NCBI GenBank assembly: GCA_019057385.1
Contig: JAHQJS010000004.1
Coordinates: 576,001-640,000 of the forward strand
Source: Candidatus Borrarchaeum weybense
Lineage (GTDB): Archaea; Asgardarchaeota; Sifarchaeia; Borrarchaeales; Borrarchaeaceae
Direction of reading: 5' to 3'
Length of the DNA: 64,000 nt
Shown here: positions 9,229 through 19,551 of the stretch, piece by piece
Numbering within the stretch: the first letter of the stretch is position 1
How the letters are laid out: each line of letters starts with the position of its first letter
Notes under the pieces: generated by a model
The model's database searches: none
Seen by the model: the letters and a program-made list of their open reading frames with translations, nothing else
Told to the model about the DNA's origin: nothing
Made by a program: the position numbers and the translations under genes

Positions 9229-10475
9229 CTTTTATAGATGTGAACAACTGCAGTGCTTCCGGATCCTCCTACATTATGTGTCAATCCAATTTCAACGTTT
9301 GATACCTGACGTTCCCCAGCTTCATCACGTAATTGCTTAAATATCTCAACAGTTTGTGCAACTCCGCTAGCACCAACCGGATGTCCCTTACTCTTGAGCC
9401 CACCTGATGTATTGATAGGCAGATCGCCGTCTAAGGCGGTTCTTCCTTCCAAAGTTACTCTTCCTCCAGTTCCTTTCTCAAAAAAGCCCAGATCTTCTAT
9501 TGCCAGAATCTCAGCGATAGTGAAACAATCGTGTACTTCAGCAATTTTGATATCCTGAGGTCCAAGACCAGCCATTTGATAAGCCTGTTGACTTGCTACC
9601 CTAGCAGCTCTCAGAGAGGTCATAGTATCTCGATCATCTAAAGAAAATGCATCACTACCCTGACCACTACCTATTACCCAGATAGGTGTATCTGTATACT
9701 TTTTAGCTACCTCTTCAGATGCTAAAAAGACACATGCCGCCCCGTCTGTGATCAATGAGCAATCAAACAATCGTAATGGATATGCAATCATAGGATTTGA
9801 ACTACTTTTCAGAAATTCATATTCATCAGCCCAACTTGGAACAGTTTGACCCTTTTGTTTTGCTCTTTCAATGCGTTTGTTCATGATGTCCGTGATGGTG
9901 TTTTGCATTTGCGCCTTTGGATTAAGCGCACCGTTTGCATGGTTCTTAATTGATACTGCCATTAATTGTTCCTCTGTTGTACCGAACTTTGCCATATGTG
10001 CTGTGGCCATAGTTGCATATAGACCAGGGAACGTAGCTCCAGCTAAAACTTCTGAGTGCGTGTCGCTTGCTGCTGCTAAGGCATCTGTCACTTCAGTCGT
10101 CGTCAAGTTTGTCATCTTTTCTGTGCCACCGATACATACAATATCGTATTCACCAGAGGCAATAGCTAGAACACCAAGTCTTAAGGCTACACCACTACTG
10201 GCACATGCATCTTCGATCCTCATTGCAGCCTTTGGAGTGAGTCCAACTAGATCCGCCATAAGCGGAGCAGTATGCGTCTGTTTTTCGAAAAGGTCAGATG
10301 AATAATTGCCTAAAAAGAGGGCTTCAACGTCCTTCACATCAATGTCATTATCCACTGATTTTTTTGAGTCCAAAAAAGCTTCTACCCAAAGTTCTCGGTT
10401 CGTCTTTCTATCAAATCTACCAAATTTACTCATTCCTGCTCCAATAACTGCTACATTTCGAAAAAGTTTTCCCAT
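9225..10475 (-). CDS. Archaeal (SCP2-type) thiolase / acetyl-CoA acetyltransferase
   Basis: EDACASSG, EVHDCF, GHPVGA and HNVGG motifs. Confidence 0.93.
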   Translation of the reverse strand: MGKLFRNVAVIGAGMSKFGRFDRKTNRELWVEAFLDSKKSVDNDIDVKDVEALFLGNYSSDLFEKQTHTAPLMADLVGLTPKAAMRIEDACASSGVALRLGVLAIASGEYDIVCIGGTEKMTNLTTTEVTDALAAASDTHSEVLAGATFPGLYATMATAHMAKFGTTEEQLMAVSIKNHANGALNPKAQMQNTITDIMNKRIERAKQKGQTVPSWADEYEFLKSSSNPMIAYPLRLFDCSLITDGAACVFLASEEVAKKYTDTPIWVIGSGQGSDAFSLDDRDTMTSLRAARVASQQAYQMAGLGPQDIKIAEVHDCFTIAEILAIEDLGFFEKGTGGRVTLEGRTALDGDLPINTSGGLKSKGHPVGASGVAQTVEIFKQLRDEAGERQVSNVEIGLTHNVGGSGSTAVVHIYKR

Positions 10476-10514
10476 GTTGTTTCCCTCATAAAAAATCGAA
10501 TTTTCTGTTACACA

Positions 10515-11300
10515 TCAATTTCCTGCAAAGTTTGGTTTTCTCTTATCAAATAGTGCTTGAATTCCTTCTCTGAGGTCTTCGGTCTCAAAACATTTCTTTT
10601 CTGCTTCGAGTTCATGTTTGTATCCTTCTTCAATATTTCCTTCAAAAGAAACATTTGTAGCTGCTTTTGCTAATTGCACCGCAATAGGTGCGTTGTTTGC
10701 TATTTTTTCTGCGATCTTGTTAGCCGACGGGATTAATTCGTCGAAAGTTACAACCTTATTAACCAGCCCTAGACGTTCTGCATCTTTTGCCGAAATATGA
10801 TTTCCCGTTAAAATAAGTTCTTTTGCTCTTCCTAGTCCTATCACTTTTGGCAGTCTTTGTGTTGCGCCCCAGCCAGGTATGAGTCCTACTCCAACTTCAG
10901 GAGTTCCTAATTTTGCATTCTCAGAAGCAATCCTAATATCACAAGCGAGGGCTAACTCTAAACCGCCACCAAGAGCGAATCCATTAATCGCCGCAATGAA
11001 AGGTTTTTTCATAGTCTCAATTTTTCGCATAAGCATTTGTCCTTTTTCGATAAATTGTGCAAATTCCTCTTTGGTGGAGTTTTTAATTCCAGCCAAATCT
11101 GCACCAGTACAAAAGGCTCTCTCTCCTTCACCTGTTATTATTACAACTTTTACTCTCCCATCGTTCCCTATTTCGTCTAGCAAATTGTCAAATTTGTCTA
11201 TCACATCTTTATTAAAAGCATTGAGAGCATTTGGCCTATTAATCGTAATAATTCCTATTTTATCTACCGCTTCATATTTCAGTGAGTTCAATATAATCAC
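10515..11300 (-). CDS. crt: Enoyl-CoA hydratase (crotonase)
   Basis: NRPNALNA, AFCTGADL, GFALGGGLELALACD and PEVGVGLIPGWG motifs. Confidence 0.92.
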   Translation of the reverse strand: MIILNSLKYEAVDKIGIITINRPNALNAFNKDVIDKFDNLLDEIGNDGRVKVVIITGEGERAFCTGADLAGIKNSTKEEFAQFIEKGQMLMRKIETMKKPFIAAINGFALGGGLELALACDIRIASENAKLGTPEVGVGLIPGWGATQRLPKVIGLGRAKELILTGNHISAKDAERLGLVNKVVTFDELIPSANKIAEKIANNAPIAVQLAKAATNVSFEGNIEEGYKHELEAEKKCFETEDLREGIQALFDKRKPNFAGN

Positions 11301-11466
11301 CTATCACGCTTGTATAGAACTTTGATAACTTTCTTAACTTCACCTCATGTGCCTTTATTTAATAAAAGTTTGATGTAGAACTATCCCCTCAAATGAAACT
11401 TAAAATAGCTTTTTCTCATAGACACAAAATGTTTGTGATTTCGTTAAAAAAAAGAAAAGATGATTG

Positions 11467-11934
11467 TTACATCCTACCTTTTAGGAAGAATAGAATCGAA
11501 TTAAGTAAGCCAGCTATTGTGCCGCCGTAAAAGCCTGGTTCGAACCACCATTCATAATAACTGTATGCAGCCGCAAATGCTGCACCGCCTATAAGCGTAA
11601 TAATCAAGGTAAAGACTGCAAAAAAGATACCCCATCTTGAAAAGTTTGCTGGCAGAAACTGAGAAAGTATAGTCTCAGGCCACAACTCATTCACGCATAT
11701 CACAATTTGTCCCAGCAGAAGTAACATAGCAAGAATAATCGCCGTTCTATCAACTGCGGTTGCATATTCACAGGTTAAGCAGGAATAACGGTACCCTTTA
11801 TAATAGCCTGTTAAATAAAATCCTGCAAAACGCGTAAAGGTAACAAGAATAAATCCTATTATACTCAGTACAAGAATAATTAACGAATACATCCTTTGTG
11901 ACGCAAATCCTAAATTTGAGTTCGAGTCTGACAA
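11467..11934 (-). CDS. Hypothetical 4-TM membrane protein
   Basis: Four hydrophobic segments; CxxC in a loop; GGAGG SD upstream. Confidence 0.65.
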   Translation of the reverse strand: MSDSNSNLGFASQRMYSLIILVLSIIGFILVTFTRFAGFYLTGYYKGYRYSCLTCEYATAVDRTAIILAMLLLLGQIVICVNELWPETILSQFLPANFSRWGIFFAVFTLIITLIGGAAFAAAYSYYEWWFEPGFYGGTIAGLLNSILFFLKGRM

Positions 11935-12085
11935 ATTTAATCCTCCCTAAGACTTCTGAATTAAAAATATATGTATCTATTTGCTAATATAAAAAAAATT
12001 GGTATAGGCTAGATTCTGATGCTTATTGTTAAAGAATGTATTAAACGGAAAAAAGAACTATGACCAAGCAAAACGCCAAGTCGAC

Positions 12086-13546
12086 TCACTCTTTGAATTC
12101 TGGAAATGCTTCAAATGGTTCGATGCCCGCAAGTACTTTTGCGATTTTCTTTCGTGTTTCCCAATCGTATCCTCTATTAATTGTGATTCGTTGCGCTTCT
12201 GGTGATCCACCGCCATGGCATGATGCAACCATGAGCCAGCCTGCGAATCCATGAGCCGTTAAGTCTTCCACTAGTTTGAATGCTTTCATTCTGTCTTCAG
12301 AAGGAATTTCTGCTTTTCCTTTCATGTATTTTTCGAGGTCAGGGCGTGTTTCAGGGTTTTCAAAGTCTGCGCCTGAGGGACAGGTAACCGCAAATCCTCC
12401 GGCGATATCATGGACGCGATAAATCTCTTCGTATATGTGAGTTCCCGCGATATACTTGCCAATATTGACATAAGTAATATCAGGGATATATGTGCCAGGC
12501 CCCATTGGTTTACCTCTGACTGACCCTGTAATTCCGCATGCATACATCTGTTCTGCTGTGCATGCTAAATCTGTAAGTTTTCCTTGTATGTGAGATGCAT
12601 GGTCTACGCCATTATATTCTGCAATTAATGCTGCAGTTCCTGAGAGCATGTCCGTGACCGCTGGCTTGCAACCACAGTAGGAATGTCGATGATAAACCCC
12701 AAATCCCTCGGCTACTTGACCTGCGAGCTCCCACTCTCCTGCCATAAACACGCGATTCCATGGGACAAATACATCCTGCAAGATTGTTAAAGTCTCTGTA
12801 ACACCCCATCTTTGTCCGAAGGGACGGTCCATTTTACTTGTTCTTTTTGGAACAGTTGAACGTGCAATGAATTTCATGCCCTCAGCATCCACAGGTAACG
12901 CAAATGCAACGGCATAATCTTTATCTTCTTTTCTCATTGCGCGTGTAGGCAAGAAAATTATATCATTGGCAGGAATAGCCGCAGTGGTGTGGCATTTGGC
13001 TCCTCTAACGGTGATCCCTTCGTCATTTCTATCAACAATTCGAACATAAAGGTCTGGGTCTGCTTGATCTGCGGGTCTTAACTTTCTATCGCCCTTTACA
13101 TCCGTCATCGCCCCTGTGGCACAAACATCCTCTTTTTGAAACCATTTCATATATTCAATGAAATTATCATAATAATTTGTTCCATATTTCTTGTCAGAAA
13201 GCCAAGTTGTTATTGACAGCGTGTTAAGGGCATCTATGGCCATACATCTTTGAATGCAACAGCAATATCGTGCGTATAATCTAGTCATTTGGACTTTTTT
13301 CACTAAATCCTCGTTCGATTGCTGTATGTGAGTGAACCGATTAATTTTTTCACCAGTGAGATGTGATGTGGCGGTTGTCAGATGTTCATATCTTGGATCT
13401 CGTGCTAATTCGTAGGTGAACGCTAATACATCGATTTGAGGCTTGAGTAGTGGATGATTTATGCGATCTTCTATTTTTTCACCAAACATGTAAATCTCAG
13501 GTTTCTGTTTTTTTAGGCTTTCAATATACTCTCCTTTTGTTTTCAA
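12086..13546 (-). CDS. abfD: 4-hydroxybutyryl-CoA dehydratase-like protein (AbfD/HpaB family)
   Basis: CIQRC and HRHSYCGC Fe-S ligand motifs; AMTDVKGDR, DPDLY, RGAKCH and HGGGSPEAQR. Confidence 0.85.
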   Translation of the reverse strand: MKTKGEYIESLKKQKPEIYMFGEKIEDRINHPLLKPQIDVLAFTYELARDPRYEHLTTATSHLTGEKINRFTHIQQSNEDLVKKVQMTRLYARYCCCIQRCMAIDALNTLSITTWLSDKKYGTNYYDNFIEYMKWFQKEDVCATGAMTDVKGDRKLRPADQADPDLYVRIVDRNDEGITVRGAKCHTTAAIPANDIIFLPTRAMRKEDKDYAVAFALPVDAEGMKFIARSTVPKRTSKMDRPFGQRWGVTETLTILQDVFVPWNRVFMAGEWELAGQVAEGFGVYHRHSYCGCKPAVTDMLSGTAALIAEYNGVDHASHIQGKLTDLACTAEQMYACGITGSVRGKPMGPGTYIPDITYVNIGKYIAGTHIYEEIYRVHDIAGGFAVTCPSGADFENPETRPDLEKYMKGKAEIPSEDRMKAFKLVEDLTAHGFAGWLMVASCHGGGSPEAQRITINRGYDWETRKKIAKVLAGIEPFEAFPEFKE

Positions 13547-13745
13547 AGTCTTGCCTCCAAAATATGTAGGTGAACTAGTTTAGAAGATGCGATTAAAAAA
13601 CCTATTCTTTCGGTCAAATATGAGCATAGCTGTTGCTTGAGCTATGTTTTTTTATACAAAGAGGCATAAAAGAACCTTGCAGTTAGTCTTGTTGTTGTAG
13701 TTTAACCCTCAAACGATATTTGTAATTGATTACCGAGGTGTCTCT

Positions 13746-14516
13746 ATGAGTGAAAGGCTCAAAGATAAAATTGCGATTGTTACAGGGAGTTCAACAGGAA
13801 TTGGTAAGGCGATTGCATTAGCTTTTGCTAAAGAAGGTGCGATAGTGGTTACAAATTCGAGAAAATTGGAAAGAGCAGAAACTACAGCCAAAGAAATCAG
13901 AATTATGGGACGACAAGCACATACTATTGAAGCAGATCTCACAAAAACGTCTGATATAGATTATCTTATTGATACAACAATTGAAAAGTTAGACAGAATT
14001 GATATTCTCGTAAATAATGCCGGAATTGCGATGATTTCGCCAACTGAGGATCTTTCAGAGCATGACTGGGATCGAGCCGTAACTATTGATCTCAAAGCAA
14101 CCTTTCTTTGTTCTCAAAAAGCGGCTAAACGCGCTATGATACCTCAAAAACGCGGTGTGATCATTAACATCAGCTCAATTTTGGGCAACGTTGGTTTGCC
14201 CATGCGGGCTGCTTATTGTGCTGCAAAAGCAGGGGTAAATGCGCTTACTCAGGTTATGGGTAGTGAATGGGCTAAATATAATATACGGGTAGTTGCTATT
14301 GGACCTGGCTATATATTGACTGAGATGGAGCAGCAATCGCTTGACAAAGGTGATTATACTACTGAACATATTCTTAATCGGGTGCCTATGAAACGGTATG
14401 GTAAACTTGAGGAGGTAGCAAACACTGCGGTATTTTTGGCTTCAGATGATGCCAGTTACATTACAGGAGAAATAGTTTACGTAGATGGTGCAATGAGCGC
14501 AACTGGTGGGTGGTAA
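13746..14516 (+). CDS. Short-chain dehydrogenase/reductase (FabG-like)
   Basis: TGSSTGIG, NNAG, YCAAK. Confidence 0.92.
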   Translation: MSERLKDKIAIVTGSSTGIGKAIALAFAKEGAIVVTNSRKLERAETTAKEIRIMGRQAHTIEADLTKTSDIDYLIDTTIEKLDRIDILVNNAGIAMISPTEDLSEHDWDRAVTIDLKATFLCSQKAAKRAMIPQKRGVIINISSILGNVGLPMRAAYCAAKAGVNALTQVMGSEWAKYNIRVVAIGPGYILTEMEQQSLDKGDYTTEHILNRVPMKRYGKLEEVANTAVFLASDDASYITGEIVYVDGAMSATGGW

Positions 14517-14581
14517 CAACACTAACTGACTTATAGTTTAATATTTACACGATACATTTGATTGATGGATGGTGTGTTTCA

Positions 14582-15352
14582 GTGAGTGAGAAACTCAAAG
14601 ATAAAATAGCGATTGTTACGGGAAGTTCATTAGGAATTGGTAAGGCGATTGCATTAGCTTTTGCCAAACAAGGTGCAATTGTAGTTACAAATTCAAGAAA
14701 ATTAGAAAGAGCAGAAGTCACAGCCAGTGAAATCAGGCATCTGGGACGACAAGCACATGCTATTGAAGCAGATCTTACAAAATCGACCGATGTAGACCAT
14801 TTAATCGATACAACTATTGAGCATTTCGGGAGGATTGATATCCTTGTAAATAATGCTGGAATCGCGATGATTGTGCCGACAGAAGACCTTTCAGAGCATG
14901 ACTGGGATCGTGCAATAGATATCGACCTTAAGGCGACTTTTCTGTGCTCGCAGAAGGCTGCTAAGCGTGCTATGATTCCGCAAAGGAGTGGTGTTATCAT
15001 CAACATCAGCTCGATCCTAGCCAAAACCGCCTTACCTATGCGTGCCGCTTATTGTGCCTCAAAAGCTGGAGTAATGGCACTCACTCAAGTTATGGGATGT
15101 GAATGGGCAAAATACAGAATCCGCGTTGTTGCAATCGGTCCCGGTTATATATTGACGGAGTTAGTACAACAGTCGATTGATACCGGTGTCTTTAATGCTG
15201 AAACTCTTATCGATAGGACACCGATGAAACGCCTTGGTAAGCTTGACGAAATTGCGAATTTGGCAGTATTTTTAGCTTCTGATGATGCGGGTTACATTAC
15301 AGGAGAGATAATATATGTAGACGGCGGTATGACAGCAACTGGAGGCTGGTAA
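14582..15352 (+). CDS. Short-chain dehydrogenase/reductase, tandem paralogue
   Basis: TGSSLGIG, NNAG, YCASK; start set to GTG 14582 by alignment with the upstream copy. Confidence 0.92.
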   Translation: MSEKLKDKIAIVTGSSLGIGKAIALAFAKQGAIVVTNSRKLERAEVTASEIRHLGRQAHAIEADLTKSTDVDHLIDTTIEHFGRIDILVNNAGIAMIVPTEDLSEHDWDRAIDIDLKATFLCSQKAAKRAMIPQRSGVIINISSILAKTALPMRAAYCASKAGVMALTQVMGCEWAKYRIRVVAIGPGYILTELVQQSIDTGVFNAETLIDRTPMKRLGKLDEIANLAVFLASDDAGYITGEIIYVDGGMTATGGW

Positions 15353-15397
15353 AGTCTTTTCCTCTTAGAAAAAAAGGAAAATACTCACATCTAATTC

Positions 15398-15877
15398 TTA
15401 AGCCAAATTCTCTAAAGATTTTTCGATTTCTTCGTAAGGGGGCTCAATTTTTGGATTCTCTGATACCCATGTGTATCTTACAATCCCTTCTTTGTCAATA
15501 ACAAAGACGGCACGCATTGCAACTGTATATCCTTTGAGCCCTGCAAAGTCTTTAGATTCAAGACCATAAAGTCGTGTTACTTCTCTATTATAATCATTTA
15601 GCAAAGGAAATTCGAGTAAGTTTGCCCCTGCAAAAGCCCTGTTCGTGAAGGGATCATTTACACTTATTCCGAGAACTTGAGCGTTTAGATCGTTAAATCT
15701 TGATAGAGAATCTTGAAAGGTACAGAGAGATTTTTGACAGGTTGACGTAAATGCTCCTGGGTAAAAGTATAAAACAACATTTTTGCCACGAAAACCACTT
15801 AATCTTTGAGGTTTTAACTCGGTGTCGGGTAGAGTGAAATCAGGAGCTTCCTGATCAACTTTTATTTTAGGATTCAT
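15398..15877 (-). CDS. Cys-peroxiredoxin (BCP/AhpE-like)
   Basis: [31 protein letters not shown]. Confidence 0.9.
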   Translation of the reverse strand: MNPKIKVDQEAPDFTLPDTELKPQRLSGFRGKNVVLYFYPGAFTSTCQKSLCTFQDSLSRFNDLNAQVLGISVNDPFTNRAFAGANLLEFPLLNDYNREVTRLYGLESKDFAGLKGYTVAMRAVFVIDKEGIVRYTWVSENPKIEPPYEEIEKSLENLA

Positions 15878-15980
15878 TTATTTTAAAACCCCTCGCAGAT
15901 TACTGTTAATAACTCGTTTAGTTAAACTATAAAGACGTTTCCAAATGGGAAAAAGTATTCTTTTTAAATGAGAAAAAAGC

Positions 15981-17009
15981 ATGCGTTTACTAATTCAGGT
16001 GATCAATATGAAGATGGTCTTTTATGAAGTTGAGCCGTGGCAAGAAGAGTACTTGCAAAAAACCCTTGAAGGACATGAGTTATATTTCTACGAAAATTGC
16101 CTTAGTTCTCCTGATGTCGTAGAAGTCGATGAAGTTGGCGATGCAGAGGTTCTCTCTACGATGGGAAGAGGACACCATCCGAACAAAGCGGCTTTGGATC
16201 GTTTTTCGAATCTCAAATTTATAGCACTCAGATGTACCGGATTCGATCATGTCGACCTAAAAGAATGTAAGAGACGTAATATACCCGTGAGTAATGTTCC
16301 AGCCTACGGTGATAATACAGTAGCTGAGCAAGGATTTTGTTTATTATTGGCATTGATGCGGCGATTCCCTCAATATAATTCAATGGTTGCTGCTGAAGAT
16401 TTCTCTGTTGGGCCGATAGGATTTGATCTGAAAGGGAAGACTCTAGGAATAGTTGGTGCTGGTCGTATTGGACTCTATGCTATCAAAATCGGACGCGGAT
16501 TTGGAATGGACGTACTTGCATATGATATTATCTTTAATGATTTTGCTCGCGAAACGCTTGGATACGAATATGTATCTCTTGAAGAACTGTTGAAAAACTC
16601 GGATGTAATCTCTCTGCATGCACCATACAATAAATACACACATCATATGATCAACAAGGACAACATTAGACTGATTAAACCAGGTGCTGTCCTTGTTAAT
16701 ACGGCCCGTGGTGCAATTATAGAGCTTGGAGCTCTCAAACAGGCATTGGAAGAAGGAATCTTTGGTGGAGCGGCTTTAGATGTTATTGAAGGAGAGGAAT
16801 TGCTTTTAAAAGATCGAACACAACTTTCTCAAGAGGAAACAGAGATTTTGGAACAAGTTTTGAGCATTGTGCGGCGCGACAATGTTGTTTTCACTCCGCA
16901 TATCGCTTACTATACAAAAGAGGCGGCGGAAAGAATTCTAGACACAACGATTGCTAATATAAAAGCGTTTGTAGAAGGACATCCCCAAAATGTGGTTTCA
17001 AAAACATAA
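15981..17009 (+). CDS. D-isomer-specific 2-hydroxyacid dehydrogenase (D-lactate dehydrogenase-like)
   Basis: GFDHVD, GAGRIG, NTARG and TPHIAY motifs. Confidence 0.9.
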   Translation: MRLLIQVINMKMVFYEVEPWQEEYLQKTLEGHELYFYENCLSSPDVVEVDEVGDAEVLSTMGRGHHPNKAALDRFSNLKFIALRCTGFDHVDLKECKRRNIPVSNVPAYGDNTVAEQGFCLLLALMRRFPQYNSMVAAEDFSVGPIGFDLKGKTLGIVGAGRIGLYAIKIGRGFGMDVLAYDIIFNDFARETLGYEYVSLEELLKNSDVISLHAPYNKYTHHMINKDNIRLIKPGAVLVNTARGAIIELGALKQALEEGIFGGAALDVIEGEELLLKDRTQLSQEETEILEQVLSIVRRDNVVFTPHIAYYTKEAAERILDTTIANIKAFVEGHPQNVVSKT

Positions 17010-17137
17010 GAACGCGAATATTATCTTATCTCATACGTCAGAACTCCTCTAGATACAAAACTTATTTAAAATCACTTTGTAAAGGTAGAGCATACTTTAC
17101 TATTCTTTTTGTCCTATGATTTTATGTTTCATCAAAG

Positions 17138-17419
17138 GTGAATAAAGTGGAAAAACTCCGTCCGACCCCTGGTGCCGTAGTCCCATCTGGAACATCTGAC
17201 CAGTATATTAAAACAGGGACGTGGCGTTTTGAGAGACCTGTTATAGACAATAAAAAATGCATCCGATGTCTTCTGTGCTGGATTTTTTGTCCCGATGCAT
17301 CAATTGTGCAGAATGAAGATGGCACACTTGACGTCTTACTTGATTATTGTAAAGGTTGTGGAATTTGTGCACATGAATGTCCTGTAGAGGCAATTAAGAT
17401 GGAGGAAGAAGAAAGATGA
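17138..17419 (+). CDS. porD: 2-oxoacid:ferredoxin oxidoreductase delta subunit
   Basis: TGTWR..RP, two CxxCxxCxxxCP motifs, YCKGCGIC. Confidence 0.9.
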   Translation: MNKVEKLRPTPGAVVPSGTSDQYIKTGTWRFERPVIDNKKCIRCLLCWIFCPDASIVQNEDGTLDVLLDYCKGCGICAHECPVEAIKMEEEER

Positions 17420-18627
17420 CGAAAGTTCAAGAAGAGCAAATGATTCAAGAGCTAACAATGACTGGGGCAACAGCTGCTGCGATAGGTGCAATACTGTCTC
17501 GTGTAGAGGTAGTCTCAGCATATCCAATCACTCCGATGACACATGCTTTGGAATACATAGCTAAAGTAATTGCTGACGGTGAACTAAATGCTGAAATGCT
17601 TACAGTTGAAAGCGAGCATTCCGCAATGGCTGCATGCATAACTGCGTCTCTATCAGGTGCGCGAACCTTCACGGGCACAAGTTCCCAAGGTCTATTTTTG
17701 ATGCATGAGATGCTTCATTGGGCTGGTGGGTCTCGTGTCCCTATTGTAGCGCTTGTAGGAAACAGGGCGGTGTGTGTGCCTTGGTGCTTGAATGTAGACC
17801 ATCAGGACTCAATGAGTCAACGAGATACAGGATGGATGCAATTTTACGTTGAGAATAATCAGGAGGTTCTAGATACAGTTATCCAAGCGTATCGTATTGC
17901 AGAAGATAAGAACATATTACTTCCTGCTATGGTCTGCCTTGATGGCTTTATTCTTACTCACACCAGAGAAAGGGTTTTCGTTCCCACTCAAAGGAAAGTT
18001 GACGATTTTTTGCCCCCATACGACAGTGGAGTATTTAAGATCGATGCTGACAATCCCTTATCTCAAAATGTAGTAGCGTTAACGAGTTCTTATCAAGAAT
18101 TTCGTTATCTTCAACAGAGAGCTATGGAAAATGCTAAGAAATTAATCAAACAAGTGAATGACGAGTTTGCTGAGGAATTTGGACGTTCTTGGGGAGGTCT
18201 CATCAATATTTATCCACAGGATGCCGATTTCGAGACTGCTGTTGTTGCAATGGGTACAGCAGCAAGCACAGCCAGGACTGCTGTCAAGGAACTCAGATCT
18301 GAAGGCAAAGATGTGGGATTAATTAAACTACGCGTATTTCGTCCGTTTCCAGATGAAGAATTACAAAAAATATGTTCTGGGATGAATGCTCTTGCGGTTA
18401 TTGATCGAAATTGTTCTTTTGGCGCGCAAGGAATTGCATATAACCAAATCCGTTCAAGCCTGTATGATTTAAAGGAACGTCCCTTAGTGTTGGGTCATAT
18501 CGCTGGTCTCGGAGGTCGTGATATTTCTGTAAATGATATTAAAAAGATATTAACTGATGCTATTGAAGTCGGAAAAACTGGTGAGCCCCCAAAAACTGTT
18601 GAATGGGTCAATTTAAAGGAGATCTAA
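17416..18627 (+). CDS. porA: 2-oxoacid:ferredoxin oxidoreductase alpha subunit
   Basis: AYPITP, VESEHSA, TSSQGL; ATGA overlap with porD. Confidence 0.92.
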   Translation: MTKVQEEQMIQELTMTGATAAAIGAILSRVEVVSAYPITPMTHALEYIAKVIADGELNAEMLTVESEHSAMAACITASLSGARTFTGTSSQGLFLMHEMLHWAGGSRVPIVALVGNRAVCVPWCLNVDHQDSMSQRDTGWMQFYVENNQEVLDTVIQAYRIAEDKNILLPAMVCLDGFILTHTRERVFVPTQRKVDDFLPPYDSGVFKIDADNPLSQNVVALTSSYQEFRYLQQRAMENAKKLIKQVNDEFAEEFGRSWGGLINIYPQDADFETAVVAMGTAASTARTAVKELRSEGKDVGLIKLRVFRPFPDEELQKICSGMNALAVIDRNCSFGAQGIAYNQIRSSLYDLKERPLVLGHIAGLGGRDISVNDIKKILTDAIEVGKTGEPPKTVEWVNLKEI

Positions 18628-18630
18628 AAA

Positions 18631-19551
18631 ATGCCGTCACAACAGATTCCCATACGAGATATTCCCTATGATATTGAACTTTTGACAAGAGGACATCGTG
18701 CATGCCCAGGCTGTGGAATGGCTATTGCGTGTCGTCAAGCCCTGAAGATATTAGGTAAAAATACAGTATGTATGTTATCAGCTGGATGCTTTGCGAGTTG
18801 TACTGCTGGTCCGTTTCCTACCTCAAGTATTGGAACCCCTGCAATTTTTGGCTCCTTTGGAAGTACTGGCGCGGCTCTTTCAGGTATTGAGGCTGCTTTG
18901 AGAATAAAGGGGCGAAATAAGGACTTCAACATTGTCGCCATAGCTGGTGATGGAGGAACCGCTGATATCGGGTATCAGTCACTCTCAGCAGCTATCGATC
19001 GGGGGCATAATATCATCTATATTTGTTACGATAATGAAGCCTATATGAACACAGGAATTCAGAAAAGTGGCTCAACGCCTTATGGTGCCTGGACTACCAC
19101 AACACCTGTTGGAAGATTGATAAAAGGAAAGCAACAACCAAAGAAGCCGCTTGCACAACTGTTTGCAACAAATGGTGCATATTATTCTGCAACAGCATCA
19201 ATTGCTTACGTTTCTGATTGGGTTGGCAAGGTCAAGCGCGCAATTGAGGTTACACAAGCAGGGTTAGGACCCGCATTTCTTCACATTCCGGCTGAATGCC
19301 CCACAGGATGGCGATATCCTTCAGAACACACAGTTGAATTGGCTCGACTTGCGGTTCTGACTGGATGGTGGGCACTTTACGAGATCGAGCATGGTGAATT
19401 TAAACTCAATTTCCGTCCTAAGAACAGAGAACCTGTTGAAGCATATCTTCGTCCACAAGGACGATTTAGACATTTTACAGCAGAAGATATTGCTAAAATA
19501 CAGGAACGGATTGATAAAGACTGGGAAGTACTGGAGAGTGACATGATTTGA
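18631..19551 (+). CDS. porB: 2-oxoacid:ferredoxin oxidoreductase beta subunit
   Basis: GHRACPGC, GDGGTADIG, YDNEAYMNTGIQ, CPTGW. Confidence 0.92.
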   Translation: MPSQQIPIRDIPYDIELLTRGHRACPGCGMAIACRQALKILGKNTVCMLSAGCFASCTAGPFPTSSIGTPAIFGSFGSTGAALSGIEAALRIKGRNKDFNIVAIAGDGGTADIGYQSLSAAIDRGHNIIYICYDNEAYMNTGIQKSGSTPYGAWTTTTPVGRLIKGKQQPKKPLAQLFATNGAYYSATASIAYVSDWVGKVKRAIEVTQAGLGPAFLHIPAECPTGWRYPSEHTVELARLAVLTGWWALYEIEHGEFKLNFRPKNREPVEAYLRPQGRFRHFTAEDIAKIQERIDKDWEVLESDMI

